From positions 2,586,887 through 2,650,886 of the forward strand of contig OZ252295.1 of the NCBI GenBank assembly GCA_965250195.1: a stretch of 64,000 nucleotides of DNA, written 5' to 3'. A program made the translations under genes and the position numbers. The notes beneath the pieces are model-generated. The model did no database searches. It was not told where the DNA came from and saw nothing but the letters and a program-made list of their open reading frames with translations. How positions within the stretch are numbered: the first letter of the stretch is position 1; every line of letters begins with the position of its first letter. This DNA comes from Dehalococcoidia bacterium (lineage in GTDB: Bacteria; Chloroflexota; Dehalococcoidia; Lucifugimonadales; UBA2962). Shown here piece by piece: positions 1 through 9,564 of this stretch.

Positions 1-632
1 GCGATGCCGTCGCCGGTGCAAATGAGGGCGTTGGTGCTGGGCTCGAAAACTCGCCCCAGTCCACCGGACGCGACGATGACGGCCTTGGCACGGAGGTAAT
101 GAAGGTCGCCGGTGCGCATGTCCATGGCCACGGCCCCGGTGCACCGCCCGTCATCCATGACGAGGGTGGTGACGAACCACTCTTCGTAGACCTGGACTCC
201 GGACTTAAGGACCTGCTCGTGCAGTACGTGCAGCAGGGCCTGGCCGGTGAAGTCCGCCACGAAGAAGGTGCGGGCCTCACGCTGGCCTCCGAAGGCCCGG
301 ACGCCGAGTCGGCCCTCCTCGTCACGGTTGAAGGCGGCGCCCATGTGCTCCATGCCGATGACTTCGTCGCCGGCCTCTCGGGCCATTACTTCTACCGCGT
401 CCTGGTCGGCGAGGTAATCCGAACCCTTTATGGTGTCGAAGGCGTGGTCTTCCCAACTGTCGCCCCGGTCGGTGAGGGCGGCGTTGATGCCCCCCTGGGC
501 GGCGTTGGAGTGGCTGCGGACGGGGTAGACCTTGGTGACGACGGCGACGTTGACCCCGTTTTGGGCGGCGGAAAGGGCGGCTCTCATGCCGGCGAGACCG
601 GCCCCGATGACGAGTACGTCGTGGTCAAACAT
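1..632 (-). CDS. sdhA: succinate dehydrogenase/fumarate reductase flavoprotein subunit, N-terminal part (continues past window start)
   Basis: Own minus-strand translation from ATG (632-630): [60 protein letters not shown]. Shows GxGxxG FAD fold and the RSHxxAAQGG covalent-FAD His motif. Absent from ORF track because it runs off the edge. Confidence 0.8.
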   Translation of the reverse strand, partial: MFDHDVLVIGAGLAGMRAALSAAQNGVNVAVVTKVYPVRSHSNAAQGGINAALTDRGDSWEDHAFDTIKGSDYLADQDAVEVMAREAGDEVIGMEHMGAAFNRDEEGRLGVRAFGGQREARTFFVADFTGQALLHVLHEQVLKSGVQVYEEWFVTTLVMDDGRCTGAVAMDMRTGDLHYLRAKAVIVASGGLGRVFEPSTNALICTGDGI

Positions 633-790
633 TGGTCGAATAATATCAGACGGCTATGGCCCGGACAAGGCACTTGTGCCGGCGTTCACACACTCACGAG
701 CGCCGGTGCGCCGCGGACCGTGAGGAATGGGCACTCATCAAGTAAGATGACCGGCGCAGGCCCTGTTCGAAGAGGCCGCAGGAGGAACTT

Positions 791-1747
791 TTGCCGCATC
801 CAAACAACAACGCATGGCTTTCACTGCTGGTCGGTGAGGAGATCGATCCGCCCCCCCTGACGTCGCCCGATGAGCTGCCTTTCGTGCGCGAGGCGATAGA
901 TATGAGCGGACTCGCCGTGGATCTGCCGAGTATGGCCGAGACGCATGAGCGGGTCCTGATAAGAGAGCGCGATGGCTGGGACCTGACCGCTGAGATCTAT
1001 GTCCCGCATGGCGACGGACCGTTTCCGGTGATTCTCTATATCCACGGAGGAGCCTGGGCCGTGGGCTCGACCATGGGCGTGCGGCGCAAGACCATGCGGA
1101 TCGCCGAGCACGGCTTTGTAATTGTGAACGTGGACTACTCTCTTGCACCCGAGAGACCGTTCCCAAACGCGCCCGAGGACGTGGTCTATACCGCACGCTG
1201 GATTACTCAGAACATCGCCCAGTTCTCCGGTGACGCCAGCAGACTGGTCGTTAGTGGAGACTCGGCCGGGGGCAACCTGTCGGCGGTGGCGATGCACACA
1301 CTGCACGGCGACCCGGACGCGGTGGACGGCGGGGACCTGGCCGGGGTGCCTGTGCGGTTCGTGGGGGCGGTGCTGTATTACGGGGTCTTCGACTTCCCCC
1401 TGGCGCTGGCCGAGCCGCTGTCGAATAAGGAGTGGGTGGAGATTGTCTGGCACCGGGCGTATCTGGGACCGGACTATCTAAAACGCAACAGGGACCCGGT
1501 CGTCAGCCCGATCTTTTCGCCTCATTTAGAAAAATTCCCGCCCTGCTACCTGGTATGCGGGGACGAGGACTCGCTGCTAAGTAACACACTCGCGATGACG
1601 AAAGCCCTGGCGAACGCGAACGTGCCGGTCACCGTGTCGATACCGGGAGGGCTGGACCACACGTTTGACTACGTGGAGCATAAGCTCGAAGGGGTGACGC
1701 CGGAGATCGAGCGCATCATCGGCTGGCTCAAGACCGTTACCGCTTAG
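791..1747 (+). CDS. alpha/beta hydrolase fold-3 esterase/lipase (HSL-like family IV)
   Basis: HGGAW oxyanion motif, GDSAGGNL nucleophile elbow, C-terminal DxxxH region. TTG start, so exact start is uncertain. Confidence 0.75.
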   Translation: MPHPNNNAWLSLLVGEEIDPPPLTSPDELPFVREAIDMSGLAVDLPSMAETHERVLIRERDGWDLTAEIYVPHGDGPFPVILYIHGGAWAVGSTMGVRRKTMRIAEHGFVIVNVDYSLAPERPFPNAPEDVVYTARWITQNIAQFSGDASRLVVSGDSAGGNLSAVAMHTLHGDPDAVDGGDLAGVPVRFVGAVLYYGVFDFPLALAEPLSNKEWVEIVWHRAYLGPDYLKRNRDPVVSPIFSPHLEKFPPCYLVCGDEDSLLSNTLAMTKALANANVPVTVSIPGGLDHTFDYVEHKLEGVTPEIERIIGWLKTVTA

Positions 1748-1783
1748 GGAGAGGTCGCAGGCGCCGCGACGGAGCGGAATTAG

Positions 1784-2014
1784 TTAGGAACGCCCGGCCT
1801 TGCCGGTCCAGGTTTGCAGGTACTCCGAGAGGACGGCCTGGATGTTGGTGTCCTCTTGGACGCACTTGATCTTGACCGACTTCCACAGGTCGGTCGGGAC
1901 GCGGACGGTCAGCGCCTTGGAATCCTGATTGGGGCTGTCCCCCGCCCTGTCTGACACTGGGCGGCCCTGGGACGGTTTGCCTTGCCTGCTCGTTGTCGTC
2001 ATGACGCGTTGCAT
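1784..2014 (-). CDS. small hypothetical protein, possibly ribbon-helix-helix DNA-binding
   Basis: 76-aa ORF. The C-terminal half, LTVRVPTDLWKSVKIKCVQEDTNIQAVLSEYL, looks like a beta-strand plus two helices of CopG/ParG type. Call is weak. Confidence 0.4.
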   Translation of the reverse strand: MQRVMTTTSRQGKPSQGRPVSDRAGDSPNQDSKALTVRVPTDLWKSVKIKCVQEDTNIQAVLSEYLQTWTGKAGRS

Positions 2015-2128
2015 TTTACACGTGTTGACAGTTCGAAGGCAATACTTTTATACTGTTTAACGTCAAATCAACAAGACGTTTTTACGGGCTGGCGCATCGG
2101 CTCAGAGCCGCCACGACGGCGGATCGCA

Positions 2129-2455
2129 ATGGCGACGCCAAGTCATGACGAAAAGCTATATAAGGCGGCCAAGATGACCGACGCAGCGATGCTGGTGGAC
2201 TTGCTCAAGGCCGAGCTCGAGACGCTGAAGGCCACCGATCCTACTCTCGACTGGACGATTCTCGACCGCCTGCACGCCTCGGTCGCCACCGACGTTTACA
2301 TGGACGAGATGTACGGCCCTCGCATCGACGATCAACATAAAGAGATGCACGCCCTGCTGGACGAGGCCAAGGACCTGGGCCGCGAGGTGCAGGCGTTCAT
2401 GGCCGCCGGGGTGCGGGCCTTCCAGGCACTGGAGGCCAGGCAGCCCGCACGCTAA
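2129..2455 (+). CDS. hypothetical helical protein
   Basis: Internal ATG (MATPSHDEKLYKAAK...) of ORF 1982..2455. No recognisable motif. Confidence 0.35.
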   Translation: MATPSHDEKLYKAAKMTDAAMLVDLLKAELETLKATDPTLDWTILDRLHASVATDVYMDEMYGPRIDDQHKEMHALLDEAKDLGREVQAFMAAGVRAFQALEARQPAR

Positions 2456-2488
2456 CGCCCTGGCCCAGGCGCTGACGACGAGGGCCCG

Positions 2489-3310
2489 TTAGTTGCTGAT
2501 CAACATGCCCGGTTGGCAGCTGCGGCAGTATGAGGTGATGCGCCGGTTCGCCGTCACCTCGGTTATGTTGCCTCCGCACACGGGGCACGGTTCCCCTCCC
2601 CTCCTGTGGACCAACAGGAAGTCGCGAATCTTTTGATGGATTCGGTCCCCGGTGCGCTCGCGCACTTCCTCGATGGCCTTTCTGATTACGTTCGGCATGG
2701 CGAGCCTTAGTCGGTCGAGATCGGCATCGGAGAGCGCTTTCTTTTTTTTGAACGGGTAGATTTTGGCGTCGAAGAGGATTTCATCGGCGTAGGCATTGCC
2801 GATTCCAGCTACCATCTGACCACGCGTGAGGATGCCCTTTATCTCGCCCCGGAACGGCTGAAGCCTGTCTTTTAGCTCGGACAACGACATGGGGTCCAGT
2901 ACGTCGGGCACGCCGGTCGCCAGCCTGGGGATGTCGGCGAGCTGCTCACGGGTGGCGTAGTAGGCCATGCCCATCTGCTTTTCGTCTAAATAGCGCAACT
3001 CTGAGCCAGACGACATGCTCAGTACAAAGCAGGTTTTCTTCAGAACCCGGTCGCCGGGGTCGGCGTACTGGAGCAGGCCCGTGAGCATCATGTGCAGGGC
3101 GATGGCCCGGCCGCCGGACAGGCCGAAGACGAGCATCTTGCCCCTGCGGTCCAACGACTCGAAGGTACGTCCGGGCAGGTCGCCTTCGAAGTCTCCGGCG
3201 AGTGAACGAAGCACGCTGGGCTTCAAGACGCGGGCAGCCGTCACCCGCTCCCCGACCAGCCGGGGGGTGAGGAATTCTCTGACTACCTCGAGGTCCGGGG
3301 CCTCCGGCAT
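2489..3310 (-). CDS. Fpg/Nei family DNA glycosylase (formamidopyrimidine-DNA glycosylase/endonuclease VIII)
   Basis: N-terminal MPEAPDLE (catalytic Pro2/Glu3). C-terminal zinc finger CPVCGG..N17..CRSCQ. Length 273 aa. Confidence 0.85.
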   Translation of the reverse strand: MPEAPDLEVVREFLTPRLVGERVTAARVLKPSVLRSLAGDFEGDLPGRTFESLDRRGKMLVFGLSGGRAIALHMMLTGLLQYADPGDRVLKKTCFVLSMSSGSELRYLDEKQMGMAYYATREQLADIPRLATGVPDVLDPMSLSELKDRLQPFRGEIKGILTRGQMVAGIGNAYADEILFDAKIYPFKKKKALSDADLDRLRLAMPNVIRKAIEEVRERTGDRIHQKIRDFLLVHRRGGEPCPVCGGNITEVTANRRITSYCRSCQPGMLISN

Positions 3311-3498
3311 CTCCTTTGACTTCCTTCCGATTGCCCAATTGCGGGCCTGTCACACGTCCCCTGTCAACTCCGTCCGGGCTCATGGTACACTCCCTCGCAT
3401 CTACCCGTCTGGCGCGTCCACCTGTCTGTAGACCGGCGCGCCCGGTTTCACCCGATGTGGATAGTTGACCTCGTCGATAGTTCGCCAAGAGGAGAGAA

Positions 3499-4551
3499 AT
3501 GGTGTCGGAGAGAACGGGAAAGGTGCAGTCCGTACTCAGGCTAATTGACCCATCCGAACTTGGCATGACCTCCATGCATGAGCACGTGCTGATCGACCTG
3601 CGCTGCTATTTCGAGATGGCCGAGGAGGCGACGGAGCGCTGGTATATCGACGCACCGTTCACGATGGACATCCGGGGCAATATCGGCAAACGCTGGTGGT
3701 ACAACTCCGACGTTAACCTCTTGCTTGACGAGAGCACACAGCGCTACGAGCTTCGAAAATGGTTCCTGGCGGGAGGCGGCTCGATCGTGGACACGACGAG
3801 TATCGGCATCGCACGCGACCCGCTGGCGCTGGCACGCATCGCGCGGGCGACGAGCATCAACATTGTGATGGGGGCGTCTTACTACGTCCCGCCCTCTTAC
3901 CCGCCTGATATGGATGATCGGCCTGAAGATGAGATCACGCAGTCGATCGTCCGCGACATCACCGTCGGCGTCGGTGACACCGGGGTCAAGGCCGGTATCA
4001 TCGGCGAGGTCGGGAACCTCTGGCCGACGAATGAGACGTCTCGAAGAATCCTCCGGGCGTCAGCCCGTGCGTCGGTCGAGACAGGCGCGCCCATCTCGAT
4101 CCACCCCGGCTTCCACGACGACGCGGTGATGCACCACATGAAAGACCTGCTCGACGCCGGAGCGGACCCGTCCCGCATCATCATGGGCCACCTGGATTCC
4201 ATCGGCATGGACGCGGTGAGGGAGGTTGCGAAGACCGGCGCCTACATCCAGTACGACACCTTCGGGTTCAAGGACACCATGTGGAGCGAGATCGCCGGTC
4301 AGGTGTCACCTATACCCACCGACGTGCAGCGAATGGAGCGGTTGCAGCAATTGATGGAGTGGGGCTACGAGGACCGGCTGCTGATCGCCCACGACGTGTG
4401 CTTCAAGTCCGGGATTACACGGTACGGGGGCAAGGGTTACGGGCACATCATCAATTCCATCATTCCCCGTATGCGCCGTAGAGGATTTACTCAGCAAACC
4501 GTCGACAACATACTGGTCGAGAACCCGAAGTGCGTCCTGGCTTTCGCGTAG
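3499..4551 (+). CDS. phosphotriesterase-related protein (PHP/PTER family amidohydrolase), tandem paralog 1
   Basis: HEHVLIDL, KAGIIGEVG (Glu bridging ligand as in E. coli Php), ISIHPG, MGHLD, IAHDVC, GGKGYGHI, C-terminal ENPKCVLAF. GAGGAG Shine-Dalgarno sequence (SD) upstream of the ATG. Confidence 0.85.
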   Translation: MVSERTGKVQSVLRLIDPSELGMTSMHEHVLIDLRCYFEMAEEATERWYIDAPFTMDIRGNIGKRWWYNSDVNLLLDESTQRYELRKWFLAGGGSIVDTTSIGIARDPLALARIARATSINIVMGASYYVPPSYPPDMDDRPEDEITQSIVRDITVGVGDTGVKAGIIGEVGNLWPTNETSRRILRASARASVETGAPISIHPGFHDDAVMHHMKDLLDAGADPSRIIMGHLDSIGMDAVREVAKTGAYIQYDTFGFKDTMWSEIAGQVSPIPTDVQRMERLQQLMEWGYEDRLLIAHDVCFKSGITRYGGKGYGHIINSIIPRMRRRGFTQQTVDNILVENPKCVLAFA

Positions 4552-4559
4552 AGGCTCAC

Positions 4560-5615
4560 GTGGCGATAACACCGACAGGAAAGATACAGACCGTTCTCGG
4601 GCCGATAGACCCGTCGGACGCGGGGATCACCCATACGCACGAGCACGTGCTGATAGACCTGTCCTGCTATTCGTGGGTACCGGAGGCTGCCTCCGATCGG
4701 TGGTACATCAACGCGCCAATCACCATGGACATACTCGGCCGTGCGGAGCCGCGCTGGCAGAACAACCTCGACAATCGGCTGCTATTGGACGAAAGCCACC
4801 AGACAGAGGAGCTGCGCCACTTCGCCGTCGCCGGCGGCGGGACGCTGGTGGACACCACCAGCATAGGCATCGGCCGCGACCCCCTGGCGCTGGCGCGCAT
4901 GTCCAGGGCGACCGGCGTGAACCTGGTGATGGGAGCCTCCCACTACGTCCCTCTGACATACACCGAGGAGCTCAAGGCAAGGTCGGAGGACGAGATTTGT
5001 CGATCTATTGTCCGGGATATAACCGTCGGCGTCGGCGAGACCCAGATCAAAGCTGGGGTTATTGGCGAAGTCGGCAACTTCTGGCCGACCAACGACGTCT
5101 CCCGGCGCATCCTCCGGGCGTCCGGGCGGGCGTCGAAGGAGACCGGGGCCTCGGTGATCGTGCACCCCGGCTACGGCGTCGAGGCTCTCACGCAGCACGC
5201 CAACGACCTGATGGAGGGCGGTGCCGAGCCGTCGCGCATCGTCATCGGCCACCTGGACATGTTCCACGACCTCGCCGCCATTCGCAGCCTGGCCGAGACG
5301 GGAGTCATGCTGGAGTACGATGCGTTCGGCATGGAGGACACGAACCTGGGCGACGTAGGTGGACAGGCCGTTACGCTACCTACCGACGCCGAGACCATCG
5401 GACGGCTGGCCCAGCTGATGGAGTGGGGTCTGGGCGACCGGCTGGTGATCGCCCACGACGTGTGCCGCAAGCCTCACCTGACCAGCCACGGCGGCAACGG
5501 CTACGCCCACATAATCGAGAGCATCGTGCCCCGGATGAGTATGCGCGGCTTTTCACAGGACGAAATCGACACTATTCTCGTTCGGAACCCGGCCCGGGTT
5601 CTGACACTCGCCTAG
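4560..5615 (+). CDS. phosphotriesterase-related protein, tandem paralog 2
   Basis: Same motif set (HTHEHVLIDL, KAGVIGEVG, VHPG, IGHLD, AHDVC). GTG at 4560 gives an N-terminus (AITPTGKIQTVLGPIDP) matching the paralogs. The track start at 4530 would overlap paralog 1. Confidence 0.8.
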   Translation: MAITPTGKIQTVLGPIDPSDAGITHTHEHVLIDLSCYSWVPEAASDRWYINAPITMDILGRAEPRWQNNLDNRLLLDESHQTEELRHFAVAGGGTLVDTTSIGIGRDPLALARMSRATGVNLVMGASHYVPLTYTEELKARSEDEICRSIVRDITVGVGETQIKAGVIGEVGNFWPTNDVSRRILRASGRASKETGASVIVHPGYGVEALTQHANDLMEGGAEPSRIVIGHLDMFHDLAAIRSLAETGVMLEYDAFGMEDTNLGDVGGQAVTLPTDAETIGRLAQLMEWGLGDRLVIAHDVCRKPHLTSHGGNGYAHIIESIVPRMSMRGFSQDEIDTILVRNPARVLTLA

Positions 5616-5669
5616 CCCGGGTTTTTGTTGACTCAGCCCGGGTTTTTGTTCACTTAGCAGGAGGAGAGA

Positions 5670-6725
5670 TTGGCCAAGTCGGAGCGCAGCGGAAAAATTC
5701 AGACGGTCCTGGGGCTGATAGAGCCTGAGGCCCTTGGCACCACCGTCACGCACGAGCACGCACTGATCGACCTGTCGTGCTATTTCACGATGCCGGAAGA
5801 GGCCACGGAGCGCTGGTACATAGACGCCCCGTTGACCATGGATATACGGGGAAACATTGGCAAGCGCTGGGCTCACAACAAGGACGTGCAGCTATTGATC
5901 GACGAGAAGGTGCAGACGGAGGAGATTTACAAGTTCTATCTCGCCGGCGGCCAGTCGATTGTGGACACGACGTCCATCGGCATCGGCCGCGACCCGCTGG
6001 CCCTGGCGCGCATGTCCAGGGCGACGGGCCTCAACCTGGTATTGGGCTCTTCGTTCTACGTCCCGGTTTCCTACCCGGCCGATATCGACGACCGCTCGGA
6101 GCAGGACATCACCGATCTGATCATCCACGACGTGACGGTTGGGGTTAAGGACACGGGGATAAGGGTAGGCATCATCGGCGAGGTGGGCAACTTTTGGCCC
6201 ACTATCGAGACGTCACGAAAGATTCTGCGGGCGTCTGCACAGGCGTCGAAAGAGACCGGGGCGCCGATTCTCATTCACCCCGGCTTCCACCCCGACGCGC
6301 TGCTGCACCATATGAACGACCTGATCGAGGCGGGGGCCGACCCCACCCGCATCATCATGGGCCACCAGGACACGGCCAAGCTTGACGTAGTCAGAGAGGT
6401 GGCAGAGACCGGCGCCTACATTGAGCACGATATCTTCGGCTCGGAGGACACGGTCTGGGGCGCGGTCGCCGGCCAACAAATCGCCATTCCCACGGACGTT
6501 CAGCGCATGCAGCGGCTGGAGCAGCTTATGACGTGGGGCTACGAGGACAGGCTCGTGATCGCCCAGGACATTTGCTTTAAGACGGGCCTCACCCGCTACG
6601 GCGGCAAGGGCTACGCGCACATCGTCGAGAGTATCGTGCCCAGGATGCGCAGACGCGGGTTCTCGCAGCAAAACATCGACAACATCCTGATTGAAAACCC
6701 GAAGCGCATTCTAACCTTCGAATAG
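5670..6725 (+). CDS. phosphotriesterase-related protein, tandem paralog 3
   Basis: THEHALIDL, GIIGEVG, IHPG, MGHQD, AQDIC. TTG start 5 nt after AGGAGG. Confidence 0.85.
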   Translation: MAKSERSGKIQTVLGLIEPEALGTTVTHEHALIDLSCYFTMPEEATERWYIDAPLTMDIRGNIGKRWAHNKDVQLLIDEKVQTEEIYKFYLAGGQSIVDTTSIGIGRDPLALARMSRATGLNLVLGSSFYVPVSYPADIDDRSEQDITDLIIHDVTVGVKDTGIRVGIIGEVGNFWPTIETSRKILRASAQASKETGAPILIHPGFHPDALLHHMNDLIEAGADPTRIIMGHQDTAKLDVVREVAETGAYIEHDIFGSEDTVWGAVAGQQIAIPTDVQRMQRLEQLMTWGYEDRLVIAQDICFKTGLTRYGGKGYAHIVESIVPRMRRRGFSQQNIDNILIENPKRILTFE

Positions 6726-6734
6726 GAGGCCGCG

Positions 6735-7793
6735 CTGCCCAAGTCCGAGCGCAGCGGGAAGATCCAGACGGTTCTCGGGCTGATCGAGCCCGACCGGCTC
6801 GGTGTGACCATTACCCACGAGCACGCCCTCATCGACCTGTCGCCCTTCTTCGTGATGCCCGAGGAGGCGTCGGAACGCTCGTACATCGACAGGCCGTTCG
6901 CCATGGACATTCGGGGCAATATCGGCAGGCGCTGGTCGCACAACCGGGACATCCAGCGACTCGTGGACGAGCGCGTCCAGACCGAGGAGGTGCATAAGTA
7001 CTTCCTCGCCGGCGGCCGGTCCATGGTCGACACCACGAGCCTGGGCATAGGTCGAGACCCTTCGGCTCTCGCCCGTACCTCAAGGGCCACCGGGCTTAAC
7101 ATCGTGATGGGCGGCTCGCACTACATCCCGCTGGTACATCCACCCGACATGGAGGGGCGGTCTGAAGACGAGATCGTCGAGGAGATCGTGCGGGATGTCA
7201 CGGTCGGTGTGAGGGACACCGGCATAAAGACCGGCATCATCGGCGAGATCGGCAACGTCTGGCCCACAACCGAGGCCTCGCGCAAGATCCTGCGCGCTTC
7301 GGCCCGCTCATCGGTCGAGACCGGCGCGCCGCTGCTCATCCACCCCGGCTTCCATCCCGACGCACCTCTGCATCACATCGACGATCTCGTTGGCGCCGGT
7401 GCGGACCCGTCGCGGATCGTCATGGCCCATCTCGACACCTTCGCCGACATGGGTCTCATAAGGGAGATCGCCGAGACTGGTGTCTATCTGGAGCACGACA
7501 TCCTAGGTTCCGAGGACTCGTTGTGGGGCTCGGTGGCCGACCAGCCCATCGCCGTGCTCACCGACGCGCAGCGCATGGACAGGCTGGAGCAGTTCATCGC
7601 CTGGGGATACGAGGACAGGCTGGTGATCTCCCACGACGTGTGCTTCAAGATCGGCCTTACACGCCTGGGCGGCAGGGGCTACGCGCACATCCTCGAATCC
7701 ATAGTCCCGCGTATGCAGCGTAGAGGTTTCTCGCAACGCAGCATCGACAAAATCCTGGTGGAAAACCCCAAACGGATTCTGACCTTCGAGTAA
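6735..7793 (+). CDS. phosphotriesterase-related protein, tandem paralog 4 (probable CTG start; first canonical start is GTG 6804)
   Basis: Same motif set. The 23 codons upstream of GTG 6804 encode LPKSERSGKIQTVLGLIEPDRLG, matching the paralog 3 N-terminus with mostly synonymous differences. AGGAGG lies 5 nt before CTG 6735. Confidence 0.75.
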   Translation: MPKSERSGKIQTVLGLIEPDRLGVTITHEHALIDLSPFFVMPEEASERSYIDRPFAMDIRGNIGRRWSHNRDIQRLVDERVQTEEVHKYFLAGGRSMVDTTSLGIGRDPSALARTSRATGLNIVMGGSHYIPLVHPPDMEGRSEDEIVEEIVRDVTVGVRDTGIKTGIIGEIGNVWPTTEASRKILRASARSSVETGAPLLIHPGFHPDAPLHHIDDLVGAGADPSRIVMAHLDTFADMGLIREIAETGVYLEHDILGSEDSLWGSVADQPIAVLTDAQRMDRLEQFIAWGYEDRLVISHDVCFKIGLTRLGGRGYAHILESIVPRMQRRGFSQRSIDKILVENPKRILTFE

Positions 7794-7840
7794 GGGGGCT
7801 CTCCGCTCACGGGGTTCGCCCGTCAGGGCTTCTTCGACAC

Positions 7841-8554
7841 ATGGCCTCATCGCTTCCGCAATTGACGTTCCGAGTCGCGCTGGTTGCGTTTGCCGTCGTC
7901 GCGCTGACAGCTTGCGCTGAACCGCCGCTCGGCAACAAGCCCCTGGTTATTGACGAGCCTTCGTGGACGGCCGAGCGGGTGCGGGCGACGGTAATCGCGC
8001 ACTTGATTCGCGCCGAGTCGGAAGGCGACGACACACGGGCACGCGAACTCTTGAGCCGGGTAGTACGAGGCTCGGAAGATTGGGACGTCGACTACGGGGC
8101 GCGCGGGGTGTGGCAGGTGCGGGACGGGCGCATAGGCCGCGCCGCACGCGAGGTGCCCGCCCCGACGTTCACGCCGGTCCCCTGCTCGGACGCGGGGGTC
8201 AACACGCGGTGCAATACCTCTCCGAGCGAGCGCGGCGAGGAGCTAACGGCCGATGTCTGGTCGCAGTACCCCGGCCAGTTCTTTCGTGAGGGAGACGCCT
8301 GGATGGAGTGGGGGCCGGCCCAGGGCGTGTTCAACGTGTACGAGGCGTCGGGTCAGGTGGTGCCCGCCAACGCCGCGGCCGCCACTTTTTTGACCTGCTT
8401 TGCCGATTACGACCTCGACGTGTGCACGACCAGGGCCGCGAGAGTGGCCCCCCGGCTATGCGTCGATACGCCGGGCGGCGTAATCCGGCTGCGACCGCCG
8501 CGCAGCCAGCACGACACGCCGTACCTGATTCAGGACGGTTTTTGCGAGAACTAG
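7841..8554 (+). CDS. hypothetical lipoprotein
   Basis: Signal peptide with lipobox (VVALTAC). No recognisable domain. Confidence 0.5.
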   Translation: MASSLPQLTFRVALVAFAVVALTACAEPPLGNKPLVIDEPSWTAERVRATVIAHLIRAESEGDDTRARELLSRVVRGSEDWDVDYGARGVWQVRDGRIGRAAREVPAPTFTPVPCSDAGVNTRCNTSPSERGEELTADVWSQYPGQFFREGDAWMEWGPAQGVFNVYEASGQVVPANAAAATFLTCFADYDLDVCTTRAARVAPRLCVDTPGGVIRLRPPRSQHDTPYLIQDGFCEN

Positions 8555-8570
8555 CGGGCCTCGGGCGACG

Positions 8571-9047
8571 CTAGCCTCGGGATTTTTTGCCCGGCCAGAC
8601 GGCGGCCTCGTAGATGTGGTGCTCGGACCGGTGCATGCCCAGCGACTCGTAGGTGGCCTGCGCGCTGTCGTTGCCGTAGTAGACGTAGAGCTTGATGCCG
8701 CGCACATTGCCGTCGGACTGCGCCATGGCGATAACGTGGTCGTACAGGGCCCGGTAGACGCCCTGCCTGCGGTGCTCGGGAGCTACGTAGACGCTCTGGA
8801 TCCACCAGTACATGGCGTTGGACCAGTCGCTCCATTCGTAGGTGATCATGAGCGAACCGGCTAGCTCGCCGTCCGTTTCGGCGATCAGATAAAAGCCGAG
8901 CGACGAGTCGTCGAACACCGCAGTCGCGCCGGGCAGCGCGTTCTCTTCCGGCAGAACGATGTCTTCGGTCTCGATGGACATGGCGGCGTTGAAGGCGGCG
9001 ATGGCGGCCGCATCAGTCCCGGCAGCCGTGCGTACGTCTATCGTCAT
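8571..9047 (-). CDS. GNAT family N-acetyltransferase
   Basis: Acetyl-CoA binding motif A, QSVYVAPEHRRQGVYRALY. Length 158 aa. Confidence 0.75.
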   Translation of the reverse strand: MTIDVRTAAGTDAAAIAAFNAAMSIETEDIVLPEENALPGATAVFDDSSLGFYLIAETDGELAGSLMITYEWSDWSNAMYWWIQSVYVAPEHRRQGVYRALYDHVIAMAQSDGNVRGIKLYVYYGNDSAQATYESLGMHRSEHHIYEAAVWPGKKSRG

Positions 9048-9056
9048 GGGAGTCGA

Positions 9057-9551
9057 TTAAACGTCAGCGGGCCGGGTGCGGTTCTGGGTGATGGTGAAGG
9101 GACTGGCCTTCTGCACTTCGTCTTGCACCAGCTCTATCCAGTTGCCGTCGGGGTCCTGCAGGTAGCAGGCCCAGACGGTGTCGTAGGCCTGGACGACGGG
9201 GTTGAGCTGGGTGCCGCCCAGGGCTATACAGCGCTCAAGGGCCGCCTCGGCATCATCGACCATGAAGCCGAGGTGCGCGGCGCCGACCATGGCACGAGGG
9301 TTCTGCTGCTCCTCGTCGCGCCGCACGCCCTTTGGCGTTAAGTACTGGAGCAATTCTAAGATGTGCCCATCGTTAGCCTTGAGCATGACGGCGTGGATGT
9401 GGGCGTCTTCGTAGCCCACGACCCGCTGGAGGCCGTAGCCGTGCAGGTCCATGTCGACGTCGACGGTGAGGCCGACGCCCTCTGTGTAGAACTTGACGGA
9501 CCGGTCCATGTCTTCGACCACGAATCCGGTGTGGTACATCGTCAGTGCCAT
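9057..9551 (-). CDS. VOC/glyoxalase family protein, tandem paralog 1
   Basis: N-terminal YHTGFVVEDMDRSVKFY and C-terminal DPDGNWIEL, typical of the vicinal-oxygen-chelate fold. Confidence 0.75.
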   Translation of the reverse strand: MALTMYHTGFVVEDMDRSVKFYTEGVGLTVDVDMDLHGYGLQRVVGYEDAHIHAVMLKANDGHILELLQYLTPKGVRRDEEQQNPRAMVGAAHLGFMVDDAEAALERCIALGGTQLNPVVQAYDTVWACYLQDPDGNWIELVQDEVQKASPFTITQNRTRPADV

Positions 9552-9564
9552 TGCTTCCCCTTTT

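Noticed and set aside
99-860. Long ORFs antisense to or overlapping real genes (for example 99..860, 821..1453, 4673..5728, 15653..16738, 24213..25445, 56316..57272, 56927..57913, 62859..63623).
   Set aside because: These are typical high-GC shadow ORFs. Their translations are Arg/Pro/Gly/Ala-rich with no motifs, and each overlaps a gene on another frame or strand that has clear family signatures.
6723-6725. PHP paralogs 3 and 4 as a single fused gene.
   Set aside because: They are in the same frame but separated by a TAG. An AGGAGG follows it immediately, and the paralog-type N-terminus restarts there. Two genes are more parsimonious, and read-through is noted only as an alternative.
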